64,000 nucleotides of DNA from Trichosphaerium sp. ATCC 40318 (GCA_038496445.1 JALMLS010000421.1:166424-230423); one strand, 5' to 3'. Numbered from the stretch's first letter, positions 40,001 to 53,358 are shown. Numbers and translations: made by a program. Notes: generated by a model not told the origin, from the sequence alone.

Positions 40001-40790
40001 TGTAGCTATTGGTAAAGCTTTTTTTTAATGAGGTTTGTACGCTTATTGTCTTTAGGCACGCAACATGGAGAAGTTCTTATCTTAGATGCAAACACAGGAT
40101 CTGAGATAACTACTTTAACCAAACCAGATCCAAAGAAACACTCGACCACTTCAACAGCACCATCCAGCACTCCAAACGGTACATCAAATTATTTTCATTT
40201 GAAACTTATATTATCCTCAAAGCTGAGGCACTTTTCGGTACTTTTGAGTTTAAGGTAAACAGTGTTGTGTTTATTGAAGATTCTCTAGTAATATCGTACG
40301 TTTGTAGTAACACGTGATGTAATGTATTATTTATATCTCAACTAAAAATAGGACGTACAAGAATAGAGTTGCTTGTATTTGGTCACTTGATAATCCTTCT
40401 TCTCCCTTAAAGTATGTAAACCTTAACGGTATACCAGTATCATTGCAAGTGAGCAAAACAAACGCTTTTATACTCTTGCATGTACCTGAACAATCAAAGA
40501 AGAATATGAATACTACAATTTCTTCTGGTTTGTTTGTCATAAACATTGAAATGTACATAAACCAAGCAAAGAAAATTGCAAATCAACCAACAAGAACAAG
40601 ATCAAAAACAAGAACAAAGATAAAACGTGCCATTTCAGGCATACGCAGATCAAATTCAATGGCTAGTACAGAAAGCAGTGAAAGTAGTATGGAAGAATCT
40701 ATTTCAATCAACAGTACAGGTAGCAAGAGATCCACAGGAGATGAAATAAGAAGCAGCAAAAAGAGTCCTCCAAAAAAAGAAATTTCTTAA
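37083..40790 (+). CDS. Triple-DEP domain + beta-propeller-like protein, copy 3 (inverted orientation)
   Basis: Starts MSERSSRSPSFVSIRGEFLGVDVGALGDKMVSKEHG, with exons collinear with copies 1 and 2. Confidence 0.82.
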
Positions 40791-41057
40791 TTCTTCAGCG
40801 TCTTCTGATACAATACAAACAACTTAGAATATGTACAATAAATAAATACTGTAGTTTTGTCCAGTTGTTTGCAGTGTATCACAGCACAATAAAATCGTAT
40901 CTCTGTAGAGGAAACTTCTTGAGCTATTCAAAGCGAAGATACACCTCTAACAAATACAGTGATGTTTTAAGATAGAAAAAGATACAATCCATATGAAACA
41001 ATAAGGTATTATAACATGAGTCACGACAGCTCTATGTCAGCTGTGTGATTGATAGGT

Positions 41058-41443
41058 TTATTGTTTGACAAACGTTAAAAAAGTAGTTGCTGAAGCATAT
41101 AAGTGAGTCTCTGCTTTGATATCGAATCCTGCAGAAACAAAGTATTTAATGATAACGCCAGTAAGGTTAAGTAGTATATTTACTGATTTTGTTCCAATCT
41201 TAAGACAATACGTGTTCTGGGCAGAATCGTGTTTGAACGCTGACTCTTTTTTCTTAAATGTTTCACACAAGGCAGTTGCTAACCCTGTTAAATAAGGTTC
41301 AGCTTCCATTGATGCTGAGATAGCAGTCTTTAGTAGTACTGTGCCTATAGAACACTTGAGGTTCATGTATGTCTATGAACGTTTTTGTACGTACGTAGAC
41401 TTATGCGTACAACAGTTATGGTGTTATATGAAGATTCAGTCAT
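41058..41443 (-). CDS. Small hypothetical protein (~115 aa, 2 exons)
   Basis: MTESSYNTITV, then a GTACGC..TAG intron, then TYMNLKCSIG...FLTFVKQ*. It splices in frame. Confidence 0.5.
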
Positions 41444-42393
41444 TTTGGTTAAAGTTATAGAGGAGTTGTTATTGTATTTTGGGTTTGTTGATGATTATTT
41501 AACTTAAGTAAACCCGAAAAGGTATGAATCAGCCACTAGTAGTAAAAAAGTAAGAATTCTTGAACATTTGGGCAACGGCTCATAAATCCAAGAGGTAAGC
41601 TTTTGTTTCTACTCCTTTCATAACCAAGAACTGTTGTGGAAGGTACAAACATAACAGTAAGATAGTGGTACTTCACAGAAAACCCGAGCACAATCACGTG
41701 ATTTAACAAAAACATAAGAAATCATGCGTGATTCAAAGTGAATTCATAGCGTTCGCTATAATTCAAGACTACAGTCTAACTGGTCTGCGCGTTGCGCACC
41801 ACAAGCCTTGTTTTGGGCTTAAACGTATAACCATGTAGAATAAAAACTTGTCGAAGAAACGTTGTAATGAGCCGCAAAGTGGCCACACATTCGAAGGTAG
41901 CTTTTTCACTATGATACCAACGCTCAATGACGCTAACATATTACAATCAGTGCAATATAAAAACACCTTGAAAGGTGAATATTTAACTCCTCGTCTGTCC
42001 CTTCACAATTGTGACGCCAATAGTGTTAAGACCACTGATGCCTTAATTTTGAATGTTTGCAAGTGCTGATACCAGTGGTATTAAGTACAATTACTTTAAT
42101 ACCACTCCTGTATGTGTCACATTAGTACGTCAAGATGAATTGGATGAATCTCCAAAGTCTCAATACCTTTAGTTACCTATTTTCCAGTGTGCTTCCGCAC
42201 AGCTTAAGAACAACAATGCACTAGCACGTGAAAAAAACAGCTGGTAATCAATGTATGTAATGACCAACCCAGACAGCAACCTGTCAGAAAAAAAACTCTG
42301 CAAACAACTTAACTGTATTTAGTCACGTTTTGATCAAAATTGGCTTATTTTAACTGTAATACGACTCCTCACTCGCGGTAATAGTAAACTAAA

Positions 42394-43751
42394 ATGGTTT
42401 CCCTCCATGATGACATTTTGATTACAATTTGTTCGCATTTTTCAGACGTTAGGGACTTAGGCGCATTCGCTGGCGTTTGTAAACACTGGTGAGTGTTCTT
42501 ACAAGTAGTCTAATTATATTAAATTAATAACCGTTCTCAGGTGTAATCTAAGTAGCCATAACCACGTATGGAAGTACAGAGTCGCCAAAGAGATGACGAA
42601 ATATAGAACTAACCCTGATCAACCCTACAAGGTACACATGGCAATTGTGAATCCCCTAACACTCCTTAAAGCACCTCGCACGACAAATAAGCAATAGTTC
42701 TTGCTCTAAGCCTTATTCTCACTATGGCATTAAACAAACCATCAAGGATGGTACGAATACGCGTAAAAATAGCTAGAAATTACGAAAGTTAACGTACAAG
42801 CGCTACAAATTGATAGAATTCACCAAAAATAAAATCGGTTTTTCGATCTAAACAAATGTAGGTTATACTGTCGTACAATCAACAGGTGGATCTTCTTATG
42901 TTTGTGCCCGATTTAAGCACCCATGGACGTCATCAAATTACATTGAAATGAAGATTTTAGGTGAGATAGAAATAAGAACAAGAGCAATTCCTATTTTTGT
43001 TTTTGTCTGAAGTTTTATTTCTTTTATTAAAGTTCCCAAGCCTTAATATTATACTAAAGGTCGACATTCATCAAGTAGTATGTGTATTGGAGTACTTGGA
43101 AGAACTAAAGAACAAATGTAAGCGCAACAAATAGATTTATGTATTTTTTTTTAATCTCCGTTTTAGGGAGACAGGAGAACTTGTATTGGGTACTGGGTGC
43201 GTAGAAAAGTTACAATTGATAAGCTTATCAACGTTTTGTGACATCTGTTAAGACATCTTTTTTAGACATATTGCATCAACATATAGAGGCTGGAGCTTCC
43301 GAGGGGATGGTTATTTGTTTGTTCCAAGTACGTACATGTCTTATTTTTCATTCACAAAAAAAAAATTATATGCAGAACTTATCCTCTAACGAGCTTATTC
43401 TAGAACTACATCAAGGGCAAAAGTACTCAAACAGTGGTTTTAATACACAACATAATGTTGGCATTATGTATGATGATAAAGAACGCACTATAACGTTTTA
43501 TGTCAACGGTAAATCTCAAGGTAACTCATTCTTTTTTTTGCAAGCTATACTCTCTTAATACGTATTTCTTAGGCGTCGCGTGTACGTTCGACCCTGATGT
43601 TATTTGCGTTTACCCTGCCGTCGAATTCTGGTAACACCTACTTTATTATCGATTGTAAACGGCCTAAACATACTTTAGGAGTCATCTTGATGTTATTGGA
43701 ATCATACCTAGAGCTTGGGATGGTAAACCTCCAAAGGTTGGGCACAGATAG
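42394..43751 (+). CDS. F-box + SPRY domain protein (FBXO45-like architecture)
   Basis: F-box MVSLHDDILITICSHF.DVRDLGAFAGVCKHW..VW. SPRY motifs MCIGV, VGIMYDDKERTITFYVNGKSQGVA and VYPAVEF. The stop follows GKPPKVGHR. Confidence 0.8.
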
Positions 43752-43976
43752 AGTGTCAACTTTTTTTTTGTATTTACTTGTTTTAACGCTGGATATACTT
43801 CGAAATCATCTATTTGCAAAGGAAGAGTGAGCTTTATTCGCAATAAGCGACGTTAACTTAATTTGATGTTGAATTTTATCTTGATTGCCTTTGTTTCACT
43901 CGCTAGCCTGGTAGCTACGGCTCGTTGTATTTAATTGTTATTGAACGGAAGATGTGTGAAGTTGAGTGAAATAACA

Positions 43977-46827
43977 ATGGAGAATCCAGAGGAAACAGCT
44001 AAAGATGAACTGTTAGCTAATTTACGCAAGTTTTCTATTGCTGTTACGTATTTAGAAACGCCTGAAAGTCGAGTAGCTAAACTTTATGCTTTAACTGCAG
44101 TAAAATTACACACAGGCACGCTATTTGATTATTTCCGTACGATCTGAGGTATAAACATTTGATTTAGTGTTTTCCGCACTCAAAACAAGTTGTACATGCG
44201 CTTCTAGCGAAGACTTGAACGTACTCGCAACACCTACATCCCTTATTGTACTAGTACAGTGTAATACGTCTTAACTCGTTTTGTTATTAAACTAATACAA
44301 CCGCAGCTTTAGAGGCCGTAATAGAGGAAGTACAGACCAAAGTAACGCAGCTAGACACCGAATCTGATTTCCCAAACGACAATTTGGCTGTTGCAAATGA
44401 CGTATGTCAGAACTAGCGCATGGTAACATTAACACACTGTAGTTCATCTTACAAGCTCTAACGTCCGAAAAATCAAGCACACCAAGGAAGAACAAAACCC
44501 TTCGAAGGTCTCTTAGCGTGCCTACTCTAGACCTAGATGCTCAGTAAGACGCGCTTTCACTAAACAATTCACTGATACACGAGTGTAGACTACAGAGGTT
44601 GCAAGTAGAAGAAAATTATAAATCAAATTCGAAGGCTTATAAGCCTTCTGTTTCACTTGAAACTGGCTCTTTATCTGCTAGAAAGCATACAAGTAATGTA
44701 TTGAAGAGTACAGGAGCTAATATGGACATATCTATGGCCACCAAACACCGCTGGCTGTATATTAATGGTTGGGCTCTTTTTTTTTTCTTGTTCAAAAGAT
44801 GATTAATTGTTCGTTCAGTGATGGAAGCAAAACAGTTACCAGCTGTTTCATTAGTACAGAACACATGTAATGTGTACTGTAAGATAGTCATAGACAGCAA
44901 AAAGAAATTCAGAACGGAAACAAAGATGAAAACTCTAGATCCTGTCTGGCTTCAATCATATCACTTGTACGTTAATACCAAGCCGTTGTGGTATAGAAGG
45001 ATACTAAAAAAAGGCCGTACATTAGCCGTCTAGGGAGATATGTCAAAAATCTCACAGTTAAAGTCTACACAGAAGGATTCAGTAAGGACGACTATATTGG
45101 AGAAGTTACGATTCCTTTTGATACGTTAAGTGGTAGAGAAAGAACGGATGTATGGCATCCGCTTATATCACGTAAACAGCGTGGTGGAGCACTAACGTAC
45201 TCGACAATCTTTTGTTTTTCACAGATTGACATTTTCTGACTTTATTCATAGCACTGGACGTTCAAGAACGCAAGATTTAGGGTCTATACGCCTATCACTT
45301 GAATGCACAGTACGTTTTTCAACTGATATATTTTTCTTCTGACGTCTACAAAAATAGGAAACTTGGGTGCTTCCTAAGCGATTCTATACTGACTTATTGG
45401 CGGTACGTTTTTTATTCAACTACGCGCGTGTAATAAAGAGCTCATGTGTTTATTTTGTTTAGTCTACACTTGATGCAGACTCCATATTATCAGTACTCCA
45501 GAGGATACTTAAAAAAGAAGGTCCTGGAGCTGTTAAGCCTCTTATAAAGTCTATTGTTGCTGCGTGGCATTCTAAACACAAGGCAGTAAAGACACTGAAA
45601 GTACTCATTGAAAAAGAAACGAATAGCACAAGTACGCACCAACATCAGAATATTACTTCAAAACTCATGTCTCACGCTACATTTTGTACAATAGAGAACC
45701 CTACTCTGTTATTTAGAGAAAACACTATTGTACCCATGTGCATAGATGCACTTATTCATTTATCTACACACGATCTACTTCATGCTACAATGCTTAGTCA
45801 TGTAACAGAAGTAGCTAAACAATGCAACGCATCAATGGAGGTGAGATTAATTGCACAAAAAAACAAAACACCACTGACGTGCTTAATAGATCGATCCGTC
45901 TAAGCTAAAGGACAGCAATCAAAAAGCTGTAATATCACGCAACCTAAAAACGTTTTTGAAGAGAATGGAACAAGTATGGGAAACAATACTCGAACATGAG
46001 CCTTATATACCTCTGTACGCATACTTGAAGTCTAAGCAACAGAAAAATTGTTTGATCCTCACTGACTGACTGATCTTTACAGACAAGTCCGTGAAGTATT
46101 AGGACACATCAAGAAGTGCGCTCTTAAGAAATGGCCAGATGTTCCTCACGTAGCCACGACTGGCGTTACGATCTTTCTGTTTTCTAGACTGTTTTGCCCT
46201 GCACTATTCGATCCTTGTTCTGTAGGCCTACTAAAAGGTACGTAGATAACAAACGGAGATTTTTGGGGGTTTTTTTTTGTAACAAAGTTCCGTAGATCGT
46301 CCTTGCACTGTTTCTTCACGTAATCTTGTACTACTATCTAAAGTACTAATGAATCTGGCTTGTTTCAAAAACTTTGGCAAAAAAGAACCTTTCTTAGTTC
46401 TTACAAACTCGTTTCTTGAAGAGCATAATAATAGTGACCGTATGAGAACGTTCATTGACGCAGCATCAGATCCTTCGCGTAGTACGTATTTTTTTACACA
46501 AACCACAAAAGTTTTTCTTTTCGTAAACCGTTCTCACCAATACCTCTCAATAGACGGTCCAAGGCCTAAACTTAAACTACATGGGTCTGTTCTACACTTT
46601 AGTGCGTCTATGGCTCACATACAAGCCGTCCTGATCAAAAAGAAAGACATAATTAATTCACTCCCCGCAGTACGTTCTTTTACCTCCAAACATTTTATAA
46701 CCAACCCTGAGCGTATTATAACGTTGTTCCTAATACGCTGTTTTTGTAGACCCCGAAACGTACTTTGCTCATAGAGCAACTCACCTACTTGGATAAAATA
46801 CTAACCGTCTGTAAGAAAAACCTATAA
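43977..46827 (+). CDS. C2 domain + RasGAP protein (GAP1/DAB2IP-like)
   Basis: C2: LYINVMEAKQLP..YCKIVID..RTETKMKTLDPVW..DDYIGEVTIP. RasGAP: PTLLFRENT (Arg finger), EIDPSK, FLFSRLFCPALFDP, RNLVLLSKVLMNLA and KEPFL. Confidence 0.9.
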
Positions 46828-47449
46828 AGAGACACCCTCTCACCCCAAGTTGTATCATAAAAAGAAATAAAAAAAATTATCTCGTATCACCTTCACAACT
46901 ACATTTTACGCACCGTGTATAACGTCACAGTACACTGCTAATATTTTTAGATCTACAAAACGGTTTTTTTAGGAGTCTACTTGTTTTCTCCGAGGTTTTT
47001 TTTTGACAACTTTTTTTGAATCACAATATCACTCAATACTAATCAAGCAGAAGTGCAAATACATGATTGATACTATTGTATTTTTTGATAGGTTTAAAAC
47101 GTCAACAATCTTTAGGTTTTTTTTTAAACTGTGGTAACTCAATAGGAATACTCAAAAAAAAAGCAAAAAGTGAAGAAGAACGTGAAAGTTTTTTGGGGTT
47201 ATTTTTTTCTTTTTTCGTCTATTTACAATTCTGAGTTTTTCGTTGTACAAATAATGGCACTAGACACCAACTATTAATCTTGTAGAGTCTTTTAGAGTCC
47301 TCCATTTAACACATATAATGCATTAAAATGATATTTCTTCAAACCAAACAAAAAAAAGGGTATGCGCGTAGCCAGATAATAGTTTTCTATCTACGCGCGT
47401 AAGCTTTTTTTCTTTGGTTTTTTTGTTTGTTTTGAAAATGAGTTTGTTT

Positions 47450-48316
47450 CTAGAAGACCTCCACTGATCTTGGTTTTATCTTACGAGGATCATTCTCTAT
47501 AGCCATATCGTTTGTATTCGTGTTATTGAGAGATATCGGGGACTGTGCACTAAAAGCCATACCAAACATTGATGAAATAAAAGAACGCATTAAATCTACT
47601 TTCTCCTCGCGTTGGATTGTTTGTTTTTCGAGTTTTATCAATTGTTGAGCCAATTCAAGCTTCTCCTGCTTTAGCATCTCTACTTTATATTTTAAAGTAT
47701 CCAACTGACTACGTTGACGTTGTCTATATCTTTGTTGTGCTATTTTACCTTCTTGTCGCCTAAAAATAATTTGATTAATTTTTTTTGTTGCTATAAACTA
47801 AATGTACACGTTGACAGTTTTGATTTAATAACGCTAGTGAGCTTACAAATGAAAAATCAAAAAAAAAAAAAAATAAACGTACTTTTTCTCGTTGTGTGTA
47901 TCCTTGTCTAAACGTGCTGTAGTTCGCCTTGGTCTTGGCGTATTATGGGAAGCTGTACGAATACGTAAGTAAAAGGAGAGCGCTCGTACAAAAAACAAAA
48001 AAAAAAATTGCCGCGGGATAGATTATTTTGCCCGCGCTGTGTTGTATTCGTTGAGAGTATTGATAACGGCGTTAAAGAAAAAGAATTCTTGCGGATGATT
48101 GGTGGAGAAAGCTCTAAATTTTTTTTTTTTGCTTTTTTGTCGAACAACCCGGCGGTAAATAACCCCGCTATGCTTAATTCATCTTAACGTACATGATGTA
48201 TTATGTTTACGAAGTGATTGAAGCTGTGGTAGATCAATGTCCATAGGATCACCTGAAGATGCTAGTGAAGGAAAGTGTGTGATATCAAGACCAGCGAAAA
48301 GAGGTTCTGTTTCCAT
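47450..48316 (-). CDS. bZIP transcription factor
   Basis: The spliced last exon RQEGKIAQQRYRQRQRSQLDTLKYKVEMLKQEKLELAQQLIKLE gives a basic region plus Leu heptads. Confidence 0.75.
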
Positions 48317-48559
48317 TATTTAAGGTTGAGCTTGTTACGTTGAATTTTTGTAAAAAAAATGACGAAGAACCTAAAATTCCATTCAACTAAAAAAATCCTC
48401 GTGAGGATAAAAACCGATTATTTGAGAGTCTTTATTTACTTATAATCAAAAGAGTACTGTAGCTAGCTACAGTAAAAACCACATAAAGTTACAATATACA
48501 TGAGCTGAATTTCGGAGATTTTGATGTTTGAGACGAAAAAAAAAGTTGCAGAGGGTTCT

Positions 48560-49573
48560 TAGAAGGCTTGTTTCATCTTGTATACTACTATGTGTAAATA
48601 GATTCAAAGTTTAACGCCTTGGCAAGTTTTTGTTTTTCAGCAAAAAAAACCGCCTTGTTTTTATCGGTTCTACTTACGTTGTTTCACTTATAATATCTGC
48701 TCTTTGCTTCTTTATCAGTCATAGAAAGCTATACGTGTATTTAGAATTCCTGCATAGCAACGACAAAAGAAGACAATAAAAAAAAGCCGGTTTTGAACAT
48801 CAGCAACTCGTTGCTCTGCGATACCACGGCGTGCCAGAGTCCAGCTTGTGCGCCAAGCTGCTGATAAGAAAACGAAAAAAAAACCACGTACAGCCCATTG
48901 ATCCCAATAATAAGGATGTTGTCCCGATAGTGCGTTGTCAGCCAAGATTTCTTGGGTTGGGGTTAGGATGGCTCTTCATAAAAACGTGTTTGTCGCCCTT
49001 TTACGTGCCTGGGTCTGAGTAGCGTTTTCTCTCGTCTGCAACAGTAGGTCCAAACAATGATATTGGTTCATATTCTTGTTCACCTGTAAACTAAACAAGA
49101 CGCGTTATTCGTTTAGTTTTTTTATGTTACACTTATTTTGGTTAGTTTTAAAGTGATGCGTACTTGTTCATAAGGGGCATAGCGTTCTCCGTAGTTCTTT
49201 CTCATTTGAAGGCGCCAGAAATCGTCCAAGAATGGTCTTGCACTGTAATATAATAGTGGTATGAGTACGCATAATGACCCACCCATCGCAAGCGTAGGTT
49301 TCACTTTGTTAAATAGCCAAGGCAACATTTTGTGTTGTTTATTCATCCCTTCGAACCACTTAGCGATATTCTTTTCTTCTGTCCATGCGAGGTCTTGTCT
49401 GGAGAATCTACAATCGAAATACAATTAAATTATTATATTAACGCGCTATTCTAATTGATAATAGCATACCCTTTCGCTGCGGCCTTAGATATATGAAAAT
49501 TACGCGTTTGTATAGCAGCGTTATTAGCGCTTGTACCCTTTGGTACTGCGCGAAGTGGGCTATTAGAGTACAT
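48560..49573 (-). CDS. Probable mitochondrial single-pass membrane protein, function unknown
   Basis: Basic, acid-free N-terminus with RNFHIS (presequence-cleavage-like) and a hydrophobic stretch LAMGGSLCVLIPLLYY. Several short GT-AG introns; both ends are approximate. Confidence 0.5.
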
Positions 49574-50227
49574 TTGGGGCGTATACATCAATACAGCTTA
49601 AAATTCAGACTTAAGCAATTTGCCGTTTCAAAAACCAATTGGGCTGTAATGATGGTTTAGCAACACGAGGGACCGCTAGTAACCAGTGTGTTTGCCGAAA
49701 GTGACTTTAACACCTCTTAACGAACGTTTTAAAGTACAATTTGTACTTTATCACGAATGGTATGTCAAACATCACAACCATACGCAATAATACGCTGTGG
49801 CGCGACTAACAAGTGCCTCGTTTTTTTTTTTTCATTGATAAAGCTCCTTTTCGTTCACCAAGCACAACACCTCCTTTTGGCTTGTATTAATCTACCATTT
49901 GATTCCGCATCTCACAAGAGCCAACCATTTTTAACGTGAAAATACAAACATTCCGGCGCCTTTACCTTTTATAAACTGATATAAAGATACCTTGCAACTT
50001 TTTGATATCTTGATTCAAAGTCACCACGTGTGCAATCTGGGTTTTTTTTTTCATCCTAACTTGTGTTCTTACAGTATCACATGGTGTAAGATGGTAAAAG
50101 ACATCAACTTAGGCTTTTTGAGTTTGCTGGATAAAATGTTCTTTTGTTTGCTCAGTTATTTATTCTTTATTTAACATCAAGAGAAGTGTATCAATACAAC
50201 TTCCTTTGTCATTAAGAGCACTAATCC

Positions 50228-51231
50228 TTAGGCTGTTATATCGTGTATTACACCCTTAATGTAGGTGCACTGATACCATGCTTCACCATTTTTACGCCAG
50301 CTCATAAATTCTCCTTCTGAAAGACCATTGACGTAATTAGACTGCGTCTCTAACTGCCCATTATCATACCAACACTTATACTCTCCTTCTCGTATCCCAT
50401 TGACATAATGGCAGTACTCCTTAAGTTGGCCATTTTCATACCACTGCTTGTACTCTCCTTCTTGTTTACTATCAATGTATGTCCTAGTGGTTGTTCCACT
50501 GTTTCCGTAGTTCACCAGTCTCATACCAACTCTTGTACACACCTTCTTTTCTACCATTGACAAAATAGTACAGCTCATGTAATTGACCGTTTTCATACCA
50601 AGTCTTGTACTCTCCTTCTTGTTTATTATTGACACAATGAAACTGCAACTTCAATGTGCCATTTTCACGCCAACAATTGTATTCTCCTTCTTGTCTACCA
50701 TTGAGAAAATAGTACAGCTTGTTCAATTGTCCATTTTTATGCCATACCTTATATTCTCCATGTTTCTTACCATGTGACCAATGCACTTGAACATATAAAA
50801 CCTAATGTAAAAGTTAGAGTTAGGGGATTAGCACTACTTTTCGTGAATCAACAAGAGCACGTGACTAAAAAACGAGCCTTGTTTTTCCGAACAACAAAGT
50901 GTGAGACACCAACAAAACACGTGATTTGGAAGAACCACAACTGTCGGTACCGGCCTGTTGTTCATGAAAAGTAGTGTGACGTGCGTGACCCAACAAACTG
51001 ACATACAAGTCGGTTGTTTAATCTTCTCCTTTTTTGCCATTTTCCATGCCTTTTCATCTCGGAATCAAACCTTGTCATCATTGCGCTGTTTTTCGATAGC
51101 GATGGCCAAATCATGTATAATGATTTGTCTAAATCGATGATATAGAGCTGAATCTCGAATGGTAGGCCTAATAAATGCGTATGATCAGATTCTACAGCAA
51201 TTATCTTTTCATTGCTTGTTATATGCTCCAT
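50228..51231 (-). pseudogene. F-box-like + MORN-variant (MORN_2/YwqK-type) repeat protein, interrupted by a 13-nt insertion
   Basis: N-terminal HLLGLPFEIQLYII, then ~7 repeats of 24 aa (EGEYKxWYENGQLxxxxxYVNG) split between two frames at ~50490. Confidence 0.75.
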
Positions 51232-51393
51232 TGTTACAGTCAAAGGATGGCGGTGCGTAAGAAATGGTTTTACGGTACTCCGGCTTATGTTTGTCGTAGT
51301 TACAAGATTTTTTCAACGAAATTAGCGAAAAAAGTGTAAAGAGTTGACTTTTTAAGTGAAATCCGTGTTTTCGGTTTAGGCAACACAAAAAGT

Positions 51394-52992
51394 ATGAAAT
51401 CTATACGCAAACTGTTCAAGAATACGCATGAAATACCACGTCCACGTAATAAGGACTATAAATACGACTGCGCCTTCTTATCAATGCCAAATGTAAACAC
51501 AGTAGTATTACGTACCCTTGTTTACCTTTTTAGGAGCTTTTTGAGAAAATAGCTTTCGCTTCAGATCCAAACGGAATATTATCTCTTATTGGAGTATGTC
51601 GCTATTACTACCACGTATGGTTAACCTTATTATATAGTTTAAACTGAATAAAAGTCTTTAGGAGTTGAGCAGATCGATTAATAAGGATCGTTTAAAATGT
51701 TATAGAAAGTTCAAGCATGTCCTGCCACTCTACAAGGTCAGCATCGAGAGAAATATAAACTGGGAACCTATTAATAAGATGCTTGGTAAATATACTCACA
51801 CGTGATTACTTGCCTGACACCACATAAAGATACAGTGACCTCCTTCTCGTCACCGAGAAATGCTGATGTTGGAGGTTGGAAAGCTGTTGGTGGAAGAGAA
51901 GATTGTATCTCAACACGATTAGTAAGATCGCTTAAATGCACAGAAGTGGTTCATAGATTTAATTTCGCACGTGTTGATGTATGTGTTCAGCACGTGATTT
52001 TCGTTCAAGCACACAAAACAGAAAAAAGTTCGATATTTCTACAAAAGGTTTTCAGTTTAACTTACCTTGGTTGTAGCACGTTCAGCTTATGAAGTCTTGG
52101 CATTGCTACAAAGAAAAGAATATTAAGTGCATGCTTGGATATTTTGAAGTAACCTATCTGGAGCATAAACACAATGTGAGGTAACACAAGAGAATACGTG
52201 ATAAATGATTGATGTTTGTTTTTGTTAGGACTGGTCTTTCAGTTGGATTCAATACTTTAAACTCTATCGTACCTTCACTACATTGCTTTCAAGGATTTAA
52301 AAAGAATCTCTCAAAACAAAAAATCTACCATACATTCACAAAGAAGATAAAAGACAAAGATGTCATTGGTGCGTCTTACAATCAATCCCAAAAAAAAAAA
52401 CCCAGAATTCAAGATTGGTTTAAAACAACTGAAGGATTCTAATTTTTATTGCCACTCTGCTCATTAGTATTCATATATTGTACATTACTACAAGAAATAA
52501 GTATTTTATTCTCAAACGTGTTGGAGGATACTCAAACTAGTTTCCCAGGTTGTGGTCTTTTTTGGAACGGTGTGTCAATATGGACACGTAATGGCAAACT
52601 CCTTGGACTTGGTGATGTTATTGTTACTGCACCCGAATTATATGTACCAACTATAGGACTTATAGCGCCACGTGATCGATGTGAGGTCAACCTTGGAAGA
52701 GCACGTGATTAATTAATAACTCATATAATGTTTTTTAATAGCATTTTCGTTTTGTTGTTTAATGGCACTGACATGTCTCTAATAGATGCCTTTTATCTTT
52801 GACGCGGCTGGGTTTTTGGATAAGCATAAAGAATTTATTAGAAAATTTCCAGATGACGTACTCAAGCCACAAGTGCAACATGGAGACAAACTACAAAATA
52901 GCAAACATAGAAAAACTAGTTTTCTAGGACGTCATTGCGAAATCTCATCAAGCCTTCGCAATTCTACAAGTAGCAATACAAGTAGTACTTGA
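51394..52992 (+). CDS. F-box-like + SPRY (RanBPM/SSH4-type) protein
   Basis: FLSMPNELFEKIAF is F-box-like. SPRY motifs: GYFEVT, LSVGF, DVIGCG, TRNGKLLG, YVPTIGL, VNLG..PFIFD. Confidence 0.75.
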
Positions 52993-53358
52993 CTGCCTAT
53001 TCACGTTCCACAATAAAAAAAACCCAACATTGTTGTCTTGTTAACACAGAAAGATTTTTAAGAGCAATGGATTACTACTGTTGAAGTAGTTGTTGGCAGC
53101 AATCAAGTTGATATTGTTGACTTTAACCAGACTTTGTGGTTGGGCCAGAAAAGTGCAGTGTTGACTTTTGTTAATATCTGTTTTGAACAACTTGACTGCT
53201 GTTCACTTCTATCTACACAACACTTACCCTCTGCATATTCTATGCATTCTAGCTATTAAGGTTGTTTAGCTTTAACATAGAATGGCCATATTTGTAAGTT
53301 ATTTAATTGTTTATTTGTTAAGTAACAACCGCCTAACATACTATCCAATGTCATGAGA

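Noticed and set aside
42394-46827. A single F-box-SPRY-C2-RasGAP fusion gene
   Set aside because: The SPRY exon reads to TAG at 43749, and the plausible downstream acceptor also ends in TGA before the RasGAP ATG at 43977. Two genes are more parsimonious.
3674-51231. Endogenous giant-virus segment
   Set aside because: No NCLDV hallmark genes (capsid, PolB, A32 ATPase) were seen. The virus-like genes are dispersed singly among intron-rich host genes.
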